DNA of 64,000 nt from Lytechinus pictus (Eukaryota): contig NC_087252.1 of NCBI RefSeq assembly GCF_037042905.1, positions 19,160,001 through 19,224,000 on the forward strand. The letters run 5' to 3'. Below are positions 40,288 through 54,409 of the stretch, piece after piece; position 1 is the first letter of the stretch; each line of letters starts with the position of its first letter. The translations under genes were made by a program, and so were the position numbers. The notes beneath the pieces are model-generated. The model was given only the letters and a program-made list of their open reading frames with translations, did not search any database and had not been told where the DNA came from.

Positions 40288-40462
40288 CTGAAACTTTTGA
40301 GTTGAATGCAACGCCGACCCCGCAGACGTTGTTACGAACAGCAGCAATCTCGCCGGCACATCTCGTTCCGTGGCGATTCTGCGTCTGTTTGCCGTCTTTG
40401 ATCTTCATCTCGGGAGCGGGGTTGTCATCATTTGAGTTCAGATCCCAACTGCCTTCGGGGCA
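40288..40462 (-). CDS. PCSK7: PCSK7 exon with catalytic His
   Basis: [58 protein letters not shown](G); HGTRCAGE motif; phases 0/1. Confidence 0.98.
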
Positions 40463-42056
40463 CTGCAAAAACAAGTTATATTTTAATCTGCCTTGCTCCT
40501 CAAATTGGCAATTATTTATCATTTCCTAATTCGTTCTCATAATTTAAAAAAAGGAATGAAAAGGTAAATGTTTAATGAAGAGATGCCAATTTGCTTTTCA
40601 AACACTGATTTTGGGGCTGGGCTGACATGTGAATTTGAATCCCAGGAAATGTACCTTCAGGGCACTGCATAACAATATTAATCAGGTTAAATTGCCCATT
40701 ACTAAATTGGCACCCATTTGTCATTTTCTATCTATTTGTGTAAGTTATAATAATTAAAATCAATGATAAAAGTAAACTTTTCAATGGAATGTGGCCAATT
40801 TGCACTTTAAACAGTGATTTGATTTGAATTCAAATCTAACCCATTTGTACCTTCAACGCACTGCAAAAACAAGTTTATATATTTACACGTCAAGATTAAT
40901 AATAATAATTTAGCTCAATTTTATAGCGCTTTCCCATAACGGCTCACATTGCGTTAACTACAGCATATTATTACCCCAGTCATTGGATTCATTACAATCC
41001 CGCACGAAAAGTGCACAATTTCCACTCCCTGGGGAGCATTCCTTGCATTCATCGCAGCCTCATAATGGCGCTGGCAAATTCAAACATACTCAAATTGGTA
41101 ATGCATTGATAATTTTCTATTCAATTTTATACTTCATAAAAATTTAGTATTTTAGATGAAACATTCAAGTCAAAATGAACATCTTTTATTATAAAACAAA
41201 ATGAATCATGCCAGTTTAATAGCATTTTCTAATATAGTGATTCTGCTGTTTCATTTTAGATGTAGAACTTTGCATTGTTTTAGATGTACATGTGCATACA
41301 ACTTGCATCCTAGCAAATCCTCTCATCTCTAGTTAATCGAGTGTATTTCCACACTTGCCAGTTACCATGGTAACATCAGCTTCTCTGCATGTTCCTGACT
41401 CCTAAAGAATTAGTGCCCCTCTCACTAGAAATGTGTTTTTAATTCCATTCTCCTAAGGCTGGCTTTATATTGAGTTCACAGCAATTAATTTGACAAGGTC
41501 AAATATAAACATATATATATGCAACAAGCTCATCAGGTTTGAGCTCATTATAAAGATTAGAGTATAAGAGCAATTTGAAAAAAATAAAGACTGTATATTT
41601 TGAAATATACAAAGAATTCTTTCAATTATTTAAAGAAACAAAAATACAGACCAAAAGAAAAGTTCCAGAATTGATGAGGTACAGTACAGTCCTCAGGGAT
41701 GCTCATGTAGGGCTTTCATTGTCAAACAATTTGTTCATTTTTCATCTTTGCATTCTTTTTATATTCCTTCATATAATTAAGATTCATGTTTTCATGATTA
41801 ATCAATTTTTATTCCATTTATTTTTTATTTTCTAACTTTCTAATTTCTATATTGATGTTTTTAAAGGGCTTCATTGTCAATACCTTATCATTATCAAATA
41901 TTATGTGACCCAACGAGATTAGCTAAATGTAGATGTGTGTACAATGTATAATAGATTCTGCATTAAACATGAATGAATATTCAAAGAAATTAGATAAAGG
42001 AGACTGAGTAGGGAAAAAAGAGGGAGAAATATATATATCAAAATCAAAGAAAGGGA

Positions 42057-42265
<209 letters not shown>

Positions 42266-43957
42266 AGGGAATACAAAGAAAGATGGAGAGAAATACAGAA
42301 AGAGAAACAACCAAACAAAGGGGAAAAGACAACGAAAGAATGAGAGAATAAAATATTTTAAAGAAAGGTATCTGAGACAAATGCACATACATGTACTTAC
42401 AAACCATATAATGTACTGTACACAGTAGATGTTCTCGCACATATGCCTTGAGGGCTTATTGTGAAAGTCAATATTTGAGAAAGTGAATCTGTTTGTTCTT
42501 TTTTTATTTTTAGAACTTGGCAAGTACATGAGGAGTGAATCAAAACAGATGCATTCGTAAACAAACACTGTAGATACATGGAGCAGCTTGGGTAAATAAG
42601 AAAGTAGGAAGGACTGAATATTTACTTGACAAATTAGGAAATTAATCCCAGTGGCATTCAGTGGGATGAGTTTCTTTAGGGTGAGAAATTCATGACCTCA
42701 GTGAAACTAGTGAATAGACTATACTAGCCCATGCATAGTCTGCGTGAAAGTTGCAATTAAAAAATTATTACTGATAGCCTGGTCAAGGCAAAAAAATATC
42801 CACACTTTTTCAATGCTACTTTCAAAGCTCCAGGCGGGTTTAAGGCTTGGAAAAGGCACAGAGCAGAAAATTACAGAAAGGGGCCTTTGCCAAATAGGGG
42901 CCAAAATCCCTTTCGCAGTCTGATGTGAATTTACTGTTCAAGACAAATACTGTTCGTACCAGGGTAGCCCCCTGTATACCAAAGTTATCCACGTTTGAAA
43001 TATGAAACGTGACTTTCCCATAGACTTGTGTGTACCGCTTCCCTCCCCCCCCCCCCCTCCACTACCCGCTTCATTTTCCGTTTTATCAATTGCGGTGTCA
43101 CGATTTCATGTGCTCATTTTTTCAGACATGAGAGAGTATACATGTACGTATTCCGCTTTAAAATGACACCAATTTTATCACAATATCTCTCATTTCAGCA
43201 GAGATATAGTATGTTAAACCGAATGAAATTTGAAATTATTAGCATAACAAGTTAACAACACCACAATTTTTTTTCCAAGACGTGTGGCTTAACATCTATG
43301 AATTTTTTACCTTCAATCAACTATTGTGCATTACACTGACTGAAAAGTGTAATATCAACGTGTAGCCTTTGAAGGCCTACATGGATAGAGGTCTAAATAA
43401 CTGTATCGGCACATACCGGTATGATAGTTTGTGTCATATGCTAAAACCAATAAAAAACATAGGAAATACTAAAATAGGCATTATTAGAGAGATCTTTATC
43501 AAAATACCTGTGACCTACATGTTATACATACTGTATATGGAGATGATGTACATGTAAATGGCCAAAAATTATAAACTACATTTCTAATGACTATGAAAAA
43601 ATATTATATGTTTTTACCTACTGAATTATTTATATTTTTTTAAACAAAATGTCCCCCCCCCCCCTCCTTGTAATGTACATACATGTATGTGTACATGTAG
43701 CTCAGGAAATTTTCAGAGACTGCAAAAAAGTGGCAAGTAGATAAAGATTATTCCTATCCCCATTTCTTTTTTTTTTATCTATGGTATTAAATTACTGACA
43801 GGTTTATTAAACATGTAAGCTAATACAATTAGCCAGCTGTCCCAATTTGAGGAAAAAAGACTACCATTGCCAATTTGGCATCAATTGCTAAACAGCAGCA
43901 GAATTGTTTTTATTTCAAATTGATAATGCACAAGGAAACTGATAATGCCTCTCATTA

Positions 43958-44434
43958 GGTGGTTTCAAACCGCCTCGATCACAAGAATCCCCGTTAAATT
44001 ACGAGAACTTCTTTAGGCTGAAAAATACCCATTAATTATTCCTGCATTCACACCGCCCTGAAACATACCCTTCGGGTTAAGTTCCTGAAGTTACGAGCAT
44101 GCGCAGTATGGTCTGATAAGCAGCAAGGCGCGAAATTCAAAATCACTAGCAGCAACCCATGCACGGCGCCGCACCCAACGACACGCTGGGCTAAAAGTTC
44201 CCGTAATTTGCTTTCAGACCGCCAAAATACCCACGACCTTGGAAAAATCCCCGCGAAGGTTCTCGTAATTTCGCCAAGTACCTACTATTTATCGGGTATT
44301 TTCTTTCGGGGATATTACGCGTACATGTAGTTTGCTTTCACACCGCCAAAATACCTGGTATTCTCTGATCGGGGTAAATTTCCCGATCAGAGAATACCTG
44401 GAACTGGCGAACTTCGAGGCGGTCTGAAACCACC
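43958..44434 (+). mobile_element. Harbinger-like MITE; inverted sister copy at 63192-63665
   Basis: TIRs GGTGGTTTCAAACCGCCTCG / CGAGGCGGTCTGAAACCACC; the second copy is highly similar. Confidence 0.88.
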
Positions 44435-45152
44435 TATTGAGAGATAATCCACTTCTGGCTTTACTAAATCCTGAACAACTGCTTTTACAACAGCTCATCG
44501 TAATTTCCATTGCCAAGGAAAATGTATCTAGACGAGAGATTGGGTCGAAACTGCCCTCATGTACAATAGCACACAATGGCAACGAGAATTGTTCAGGGTG
44601 TGACGGTAAATGATCAAGGTAATGATACACAATGTGCCTTTTAAAGGGCATTATAATGCTATTATATTGTATGATACTGTATCCCTACTGTGCTCTTTTA
44701 AAGAAATGTTTTATTGAGCATATAGACTGAAAGTCACTGGCAATTTTAATGCTAACTCATTCTTCTTAAAAATAATGCTTGTGAAACTTGAAATAGGACT
44801 ATGTTTAATAATATACCGGTATATGGAGTTTTAATAAACTTTGGGTGTACAGAAGAGTACAATGGGGTGACATGCCTAAGTACTGTATTCCAGAGTAAAG
44901 GGACAGCACAGGCAAAAGAACTTTCTCCATAAAATTTGATCTAAAAGTAAAAACTACATGTAAAATGGAAAATGCAAAGATCCTTCTTATCTAAACACTT
45001 CTAAATGTAGACTAGGTCCTTAGACAAAATGACAAAAAATAACAAAAACTTTTAGACCTCCCACTTTCCCAGGCTATCAATAACAAACCAAAGAGACTCA
45101 AGTGCAATTGTGGGCTTGGTTGAGTGAACTCAAAGGTCATTTCAACTCAATA

Positions 45153-46049
45153 GGCGGTGCTGCACCATCCCGAGTTTGCTCAATCTCGAGATTTTAGCCC
45201 GATCAGCCCTCTTCGCGATTAATCTCGAGATTCATGAAACCCCGTCTGCACCATCCCACGAGGAGCTATATCTGCTCGAGCGAGGCAACAAGCCCGATAT
45301 TCCGGGCATGCGCACTTTCGGATCTTGGGGTTTCAACGGCCCGCGCTTTTGAATAACTTCCCGCGATATGCAAGCAATGAACTCCTTTCATTAGTACTTT
45401 CGCCGAATTCAACCGGTGTTATGCAACAATCCTTTCAGCTCAGCGAGTGAAGAAGTGATGTATTCTTCGTGAAATATGATGGCGGAGTAGGAGGCAACGA
45501 CAGAGAGAGAGAGAGAGAGAGGGAGAAGGAGGAAAGAAATGCTATTTGCTCACATTTTGCGAAGGAATAAGACAACACTGACAGCAGTGTTGTTATTGAA
45601 TATGACCATCGTCGATGCGATGAGCGCCTCCCCCTTCGGTCTGGTCTCTCCCGGGGTCTCTCCCAAAATCCATTCACTGGTGGGGACACCATCGTTGCTT
45701 ATGAACGCTATTCGCATGTATAAAGTTGACTTTCGCACGTGTTTATGTTTTGACCAAGGCGGAAGTGGAACGCGAATTGCATTATGGACTGACGTCATGA
45801 ATAAATTACCCCGAGTCCAATCTCGAGTGCGTCTGCACCGACGAATTAGCGGGATAATTCGTAAAATAGCGCGCTATTTTGCAAATAAACCCGAGTTGAC
45901 TTGGGATTGCAATCTCGAGATTAATCCTACGAACTAGCGCGATAATTGCGTCTGCACCGCCAACTATCTCGAGATTTTTCAGATCGGGATAATTTGCCGG
46001 ATCAGAAATAGCGCGCTAATTTGAAACTTCGGGATGGTGCAGACGGCCC
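45153..46049. mobile_element. ~0.9-kb Harbinger-like non-autonomous element
   Basis: Inverted ends CTGCACCATCCCGA / TCGGGATGGTGCAG; repeated ATCTCGAGAT and GTCTGCACC subterminal motifs. Confidence 0.75.
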
Positions 46050-46635
46050 TAATGGTACATTTACATATTTGTAATGCATATACATTTTTTTACACCTAAT
46101 CTTGTCTGATAATATGGCATGACATCTGATTTTTCTTTTCCTGCCAAAGTAGGTGCCATTTCAAGGCATTGAAGATAATGCAACTATGTGTGAACTTGAG
46201 AAGTCATTTCTCTCGATTGAATTTTTGCTTTACCACAGCCTACATGTAGTCTTATTAATATCTTTACAGGGACAATTAAATCTGTCTGACGAGCATCATT
46301 CCCCTTGTTAATACTGAAAGGTCGCAAATCCAACCGCACCACTCGCGTTCTTTTGCAAGGGATCATTATCTACATACCACTCTCCACCCATGTATGTACG
46401 CGGTAATATAGCTCTAATACCGCGTGCATACATGCCTTGCTAAGGCCAGGGTATGTGTGCAGCCCTTCATTTTTTGCAAAAGCACTATTAAATTATCTAT
46501 GTATAATTAAAAATATAGCATATTATTATTAAAACTTTTGCCAACAACAGATTGACGTAATGTACGTCATACTACATGTATCAGTGATTGACTGAACCTG
46601 ATTTGAACATAAGTTCAGGCACTGGGAACATGCAC

Positions 46636-47060
46636 ATATCTCCCTTTCTGCATTTCAATTGTTAATACATGTATCTCCCTTTCTGCATTTCAATTGTTAA
46701 TACATGTATCTCCCTTTCTGCATTTCAATTGTTAATACATGTATCTCCCTTTCTGCATTTCAATTGTTAATACATGTATCTCCCTTTCTGCATTTCAATT
46801 GTTAATACATGTATCTCCCTTTCTGCATTTCAATTGTTAATACATGTATCTCCCTTTCTGCATTTCAATTGTTAATACATGTATCTCCCTTTCTGCATTT
46901 CAATTGTTAATACATGTATCTCCCTTTCTGCATTTCAATTGTTAATACATGTATCTCCCTTTCTGCATTTCAATTGTTAATACATGTATCTCCCTTTCTG
47001 CATTTCAATTGTTAATACACTGTATCTCCCTTTCTGCATTTCAATTACTTAATACATGTA
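46636..47060. repeat. Minisatellite, about 12 copies of a 35-bp unit
   Basis: Unit GTATCTCCCTTTCTGCATTTCAATTGTTAATACAT repeated head to tail with no spacers. Confidence 0.97.
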
Positions 47061-47430
47061 CTGGTACAGTACATGTAGATATTCAATCAGCATAAACCAT
47101 TATGAACATTGAACCGTAATGTACTGTACTTGTAATATAACTACATGTACATGTACATGAGGGAACCTGTGCGATTGCAAAGTTAATGTTAATGCAAGAG
47201 AGATAATGATGGGTTTTGAAATTAGTTTTGAAAGCTCACAGTGACAATGTTTTCAAATAGAATTTGGTCAACAAGTGTGGGCATCTGGGGAAACATTCCG
47301 GCCAAATTGTTATACCAGGGAACTCCCACTTCCCTGGTTATAGGCCTACTCTCCCTTACATTATTATTCAGGAGTTATTTAATAATAATAATAATTTGTA
47401 AAACATAGTAAAATATGCATGAATACTTAC

Positions 47431-47468
47431 ATAATTTTCAGCTATATCCTCGTTTGTCCACTCCAGAC
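47431..47468 (-). CDS. PCSK7: PCSK7 38-nt micro-exon immediately after the catalytic DD(G) motif
   Basis: ttttcttttcttgtatcag|GT CTG GAG TGG ... AAT TAT|gtaagt reads (G)LEWTNEDIAENY. This matches the GVEHTIQDIAPNY position of PC7 and joins the CPEGSWDLN exon in phase 0. Confidence 0.9.
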
Positions 47469-50400
47469 CTGATACAAGAAAAGAAAACCGATCAAAATTC
47501 AATTATGTGATTCAGTAACTTAATACATTATAAACTTCAATCTCATGAAATGCCATAACTTCATCCAAATCACCGTAATACTTCTGAAATCTAAGGGACC
47601 GTATTTTTATTATTGAGGTCCGTTCGCATGCAGGAGAACGCTGGACAGTTTCAAGAACGGGTTCCGACGATTTGTGGGCGTGGCAATGAACTTGTGGGTG
47701 TGGCAATGAACTTATCAGGCGGAACGAAGCGGAATGGTGATCGGCGGAATGCAGGAGAATGGTACCCAGTCACATCCTGGCGTCAGAGATGTGAGAATCG
47801 CGGAACGAAGCGGAATAGGACCTAGTCACAGCGCACGAGCAAAACTGGTGCGCCGAGGATCTCGGCGCCGGCCGGTATAGAATGCTCGCTCAGCTTAGCT
47901 CTCAAGAAAACAGCGGCATGAGTACAAGTGCGCTTGCTTTAATTTAATCTAGAAGTAAATTATCAGTTGATGCTTTACCACCATTATCAATATCCTTTCT
48001 TCCCTTATTCCCTTTCTCGTGCATGTGATATGTGTGACACTTGACTGAGGCCCGTATTTTGTTTTGGATTCGAGTACTAGTATGGAGGCGAAGTGTGTTC
48101 GAACATCCAACCTCCATGGTTCAAAGTAACTACCGGTAGTTGTGTCGCGTCGGACGTGATTTTGGTTGGTTGATTGATATTATTTTTTGCAGAGGGGGGG
48201 GGGGGGGGGGGTCATTAATTTTTTTTCTCCCATTGCCTGCATTGTGATATGAAATGATTTTGTTACAATTATTTTCTGCATTTGATGAATCATTGTATGC
48301 CTTTCTTCAATTATTATTTTGACATGAATTCATGAATTCTAGATTTACTGTACTCCAACGGGTATGAATTGAATTAATTACCGTAAGATGAAAATACGAA
48401 TTGGAATATAGCGAAATTCCATAAAGATTTGACCCAACATACCGGTACTAAGAATATCTGGCTTCCAATGCCTAGAAATGGGCCACATCACGCGTCTTCC
48501 AAATGAGTGCCAGTTGGTAAACTGTCATAAAGTCATTTTCATAAGGTGTTAATTATTTTGAAGTCCACCTATATGTTTTAAGCAACCTCATAATAGAATA
48601 GCCTTTAATTAAAAAAAAACCCAAAACAAACAAACCGTTCGGCAGGAGGCAAGGTCATGCAGGGCGACCTGACGGAGGGAGAGAGATTAGAAGAGGGAGA
48701 CGGGTGGAATCGACTAGAAGTGGTGTGATTTATTGATTAAAAAGTGAACTTTTCTGATTTATTATATTTTGTGTGTGTGTGTGTTGGGGGGGGGGGGTGA
48801 CTGAGGTTGACCAACGAGTATTAGACCCTTGTACTATTTTCGTTAAAACGTAGTCCAACACAACTGCAGGCAAAAAAAGGCTATCTACGTATAACTCGAC
48901 AATGAAAAAAACACCAAAGAATAAGTAATTTCACAGAAGGTTTAATGGCAATTTGACAGATTTATTAATTTCCTGATAGCGTACATTATCCCATCAAATG
49001 ACAATGTGTTTATTTTTTTCAACTGTTGAACATGTCGCTCACAACCCATGAACGAGGCATGAAGACGGCATATCATATATCAAGCCATTTTCCAGTATAA
49101 TCTGCTCATCCCCACTCTCTTTCTCTCTCCCATCCCTCCATGGTTTGGAGATCGAGAGGCTCTTGTAATCACCTTTGCATTACTAACTTACGCTCCAGTG
49201 GGACTTAGAATTTGCACAAAAGACTACTCTGGGATATCGGAGGTTGACTAGAATTTTGTCAACCTGGGGGGGGGGGGGGGGGCTGGGGTTCATAGGCTTA
49301 TTTTGTCTTACATGTAGAAATCAATTTACATCGCCAGAATGTAATCCAACGAGAATAGGGGAACGGAGCTTTAAGAAAAGATTCCTTCGTGATATTAAAC
49401 AAAATTATTTATTCCTTGATAGCAAATTTAACGTTTCTAGTAGTTCCAGCATAACCATGGAGTAAAAGTAGTTTTATGAAGACATCTCGAGTGGGAATTT
49501 CCACCCCGGCCCCCTCTCTCTCCCTCTCTTTAATACATCTTCAGCTCGCCCCTTGGAGTACGGCTGGGGGTGTGTATTGACGCAAAAACTCTTCCACACT
49601 CCGTCATGAAAAAGAGAATCAATGATACAGGTTTGTGTCGAATGAACAAAACAAAAATAAACATTATTCGGCCGATCGGTCAGACCATAGATAAGCATAG
49701 CAACATACATTTAACAATACTAAATCATATTCAAGAAATGCATGCAAATGAAAAAAAAATTGACAAAGCGTCACTCAATTATTATGACAGCAGCAGCCGG
49801 GGGGGTACCCATTCTGCTGTGTCCGAAATTCGTCGAAAAGTCAGTTATAGAATTGATCATATTCTGTCAAATGAATCTAAAACTTCGAGATAATATATTC
49901 AAAACGCGACAAAACCCGAGTGATCACAATGAGAGGTGAAGAGGTGGGGGGGGGGGTACGTGAGATCGAGTATCAACGAGAAATTAACCCCTGCGAGTGT
50001 GCTCCACATGCATTACTAATAGTATGCATTACACGTATCGTGTGTGTGTGCATACAGCATGCAAAGCTGTGTATACGCGCTCTATCTATAAATAGAAAAT
50101 ATGAATACTAATTAGGTGAAATCGTATGCGCGTACACCGTATACGTGCATGCTATGATTGCATACATAATTGCATACACGTAGATATTCTATATGGAGCT
50201 AGCTAGGGCCAGGGGTTTGATTTTAGTGCCCATGTATATATGGGCATGGCCTGCATGTATTCGCCCTAAATTTAATCATCTATTATATTTTGTGTTACCC
50301 TCATACACTACATTTCCTAGTTTTGCAATAACCAAGACGTGCCATTTCACTAAATAAGACCTTTGTATATTTTCCCTTTATTCATTCATTGAATTAATTA

Positions 50401-51274
50401 GCTTAATGCAAGTTTTATTACCCCTACAAACTGACACTAAATAATGTTCCTGTAACATGATCATTAATTTATGCATTCTGCTCTTGCTTCGCTCTCGCAT
50501 TATTTATTTGAGGCTATATTTTTTGGGAGGGCAGTTCAAATCTCAAATTTTCATAAGACATAACAAAAAGCCTTATAGTTTCCCACTTGATCATTAATTT
50601 ACTTTCTTAGACTTTCTTTAATTAATGCACTGTATGCACAAACGTATTCATGTTTACCGTTTTTCAATGCATGTGAATAAAAATGATTTAGAATTTATAT
50701 TTCATTAATCAGGAATGTTGCACGAACAGTCCATCTACATTTCAACCTTCATTCATCGTCACTCCTGTATAATTGGAAAATATGTCAAATGGTTCAGTTG
50801 TCATTTTAAAAGATGTAAAACTAAAATTAAGGACAACCCAGGGCCTTAGGCCCTATCTTTATTTGCATACTTGTTCTTATTGATTTAATTCATTTTCGAT
50901 TCTTGTGAGATCTCATTTCATACCATTATCATTGTTGCCATTATTACACGATGGATCATTGGTCTTAACTAAGGCCCGTCGATGGATCATGAACTAAAGG
51001 CCCGACGAAGGATCATTGGTCTTTTATAAGGCCTGACGAAGGATCAGATTGCCATTGATAAAGTAAGTACATGTACCAAAGGGTGGGGGGCTGGGGGTGA
51101 CATTTGTGTAATAAGAATTCATGAACATCATCAAAATGGAGATTCACGATCGACAGTAAATTATAATTGGGGGGCCGGGGGGGGGGGGGGGTATGATAGC
51201 GCAGGCCTTTCCCCGGCCCCTATAAGATCGGAGGGTCGTTAGTCGTAAAAGTAGAGGGTCGTATCGTTCGTTTA

Positions 51275-51849
51275 AGGACAAGCCTACCCCAACTAAAAAA
51301 AATATTTGAAAAAAGAGAAAAATCTAAAAGCATAACATTGAAAATGACATCAAAATCGGATATAAAATAGTTATGAAATTTCAAAGTTTCGCTTAATTTC
51401 ACATAACACTTGTATGCACATCCTGGTCGGTATGCAAACGACGAGACTGATGACGTCATCCACTCACTATTTCTTTTGTATTTTATTATACGAAATATGA
51501 AATATTCTAAATTTCTCCTCATTGTCAAGTGAAACAGTGATCAATTCCTCCCATGTGGAATTTGCATTGTTTATTACAATATGGTTCGGTCAAGTCGGTC
51601 AAATCTGTAAAAAAAAAAAAAATTATTGTATAATTATTCAAACCATTTAGTGAGTGATGGACATCATGGACTGACCCATTTGCATGTCACCGAGTTGTGC
51701 ACATCACCGTTTTGTGAAAAATAAGCGAAATTTTAAAATACCACAACTTTCTTATTTTACATCCAATTTTGATGAAATTTTCAGTGTTAGGCTAGTTTGA
51801 TTTTTCTCTATTTATTAAAATCAACATTTTGCTGGGGTGGACTTCACCT
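51275..51849 (-). mobile_element. Kolobok-like element, inverted relative to 53287-53837
   Basis: AGGACAAGCCTACCCCA / TGGGGTGGACTTCACCT ends; shares TGATGACGTCATCCACTCACT with the sister copy. Confidence 0.75.
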
Positions 51850-53286
51850 TCAATTATAAGGAAAGGAGTGTCGCTAAACAAATAGTAGAGGGTCGCCGGT
51901 CATAAGAGTGTCGCTATAAAGTACGAGAAGACTGTTACATAGTCATCATCATGTTAAAGGGGGTCGCTATTCATAATCAAAGAAGAGGATCGCTAGCATA
52001 CAGTTATAACATGGAAAAGCTTAGCTAGGTTTAATATTCATAAGGGTCGCCAGTAGTAAAACATAGACACGATAGACTCGTAATATATAGTCATAACAGA
52101 AGAGGGTCGCAAGTCATTAAAGCAGAAGGGGATCGCAGGTCATTAATAGTATTAGTAATGCCAGAGGTCACCAGTCACAATATTTATGGGGGTGACTTAA
52201 ACTATATTTTCCCCAATAAGACATCTCAAAAGGTCTAAGTTAATTACAAATGCAAGGTCAAAGCGCGAGCTCTTTTTGGATACTTCATTTATTCAGACCT
52301 GAAAATTTGAAACAACGCAATTGGCCGTAAATTCTTATTCATAGACTTAAAGACATTATGAAGAGAATAACTTGGCCATTGATATGAGCATTAAGAATAA
52401 TTAGGGATGCACCATTAGATATCCAGGGGGGCTGGAAGTTAAAAAACAAAACTTGTTAAATGAGCAAAAAAATCTTGACTCGCCATCAGAGTAAAAAAAA
52501 AATTGGTCCACTGATAAATCATATGAAAGGGGCAAAAACTGCTCGTGCTTCGCGCTCGCATTATTCATTTATTTGAGCCTAGTATTTCGGGGGGGGGGGG
52601 GAGGGGGTTACTCAGTGTGTTCCTTATGTAAAGGCGCTTAAAATCTCAAATTTTCATATCACATAAAAATCGTCTTATAGGCTTCCCATCACTTGCATCA
52701 AGATATCAATCCTTTTCATTACAAAAAGTACATAGAATGTCCTGTTTGGGGGTCTAAACCTTAAAAAATAGCACACACTTTCCGCTCATATTAGATCATG
52801 GTTACAAAACTAAGTGTTTAGAATGTCCGGTCATGAAATCGAGTTTTCAAAGGAGGTAAAAAAAAAGGTAAATTGCCGATTCGTCCATTGCCAACACATC
52901 TTCTCACGTCCATCAACATTACGTCTAACAATCATTATAGGTCAATGACCATAATGTGCTATCAACATTTAGTCTAATCACCAGTTAGTCTATGACCATT
53001 TCGTCTAACCAGTTGGATTAATACTCGTTGATTTCCATTTGTTTTGCCGAATAAACATTTTAGACCAATTGTATAAAGAAATGACTTTTGGACCAACTGG
53101 TTATTAGACGAAATGGCAATTATACCATGCGTATATTTTGACAACTGATGGTAGACAAACTTCTATTATACGAGTTGGTAATTTGACGAACTAGTATTTG
53201 ACTTAATGAAATTTTTTTTTGACTAAAGCTACTTAGCGCCCCTCTTAGTATAATGAGCAGTGACCCTCTTCATTGATTATTATTAA

Positions 53287-53837
53287 AGGTCAAGTCCACC
53301 CCAGAAAATGTTGATTTGAATAAATAGAGAAAAATCGAACGAGCACAACGCTGAAATTTCATCAAAATCAGATGTTAAATAAGAAAGTAATGACATATTA
53401 AGGTTTCGCTTATTTTCACAAAATATAGTGATATGCACAATTAAGTGACATGCAAATGAGACAGACGATGGTGTCCATCACTGTTTTTTTATTGTTTGAA
53501 TTATACAATATTTATTTTTTAAACAGATTTGGCAATAAGGACCAACCATATAGTATTAATCAATGCTAACTCCACATGTTCAGAGAGGAATTGATTGCTG
53601 TTTCAGTTGACAATGAGGAAAATAGTTCATATAATGAAATACAAAATAGTGAGTGGATGACGTCATCAGTCTTCTCATTTGCATATCGACCAGGATATTT
53701 TTTTCGTAAAATTAAGTGTAACTATAAAATGCCACAACTTTTTTTTTACATCCGATTTCGAGGAAATTTTCAGTGCTATGCTTGTTTGAATTTTCTCTTT
53801 TTATTCAAACCAACTTTTGTTGTGGTGGACTTCTCCT
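53287..53837 (+). mobile_element. Kolobok-like element
   Basis: TTAA|AGGTCAAGTCCACC ... GGTGGACTTCTCCT|TTGA. Confidence 0.75.
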
Positions 53838-54409
53838 TTGAATAAAGATCATTATTAATTTCGTCTCCCGAAAAATTCCCTTTAAAAATGTCAAGCTCAT
53901 CAGAGAGAGAAGGGAGGGGCAACGTCTTCCGTCCCAAGTGATCGCAGTTTTGCACTCGAATGGGGGCCCGGGAATGGGTGTATATTTTTTTCCTTCAAAT
54001 TTACGGGGTGTGCCTCCCCCCTCCCCCTCCTTTGATCCGTGCCTGCAATGGAATTTGTCATCTAGGGCAAAAAGATGTTGAAATAATAAAAAGTGTTCCT
54101 GTCAGCTGATGATTCCGAACAGGAAAATGACAAGCCTTCATGTTGTTTCATGTTGTTTCTTACCTTAGAATGTCCAGTGGAATCTGTTCCTTCCCCGTCG
54201 TCGAACCAGGGACGTCTGTTAGTCCCTGGTTTCATGTCCCCGGTTACATGTAAATTAATGATCCATCGTAGGGCCTGAGTTCAAGCCAAGTAGATAGGAT
54301 AGAATTGGATAGTGGACAACATCCGCGAGAAAAAAAAAATCATGAACAAGGCTTATAGCTGTTTATCGTTGTTAGGCGGGTGCACGAATTCAGCCAAAAC
54401 ACAAAGAAC

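Noticed and set aside
46636..47060. 35-bp repeats of CRISPR-like length
   Set aside because: Units are contiguous with no unique spacers, there are no cas genes, and the context is a eukaryotic intron.
54164..54290. HVTG...FDDG as the missing PCSK7 catalytic-Asp exon
   Set aside because: It lacks the hydrophobic V-x-V-V-V-D-D-G context, has no donor after DD-G, ends in phase 0 rather than phase 1, and lies inside a transposon-bounded block.
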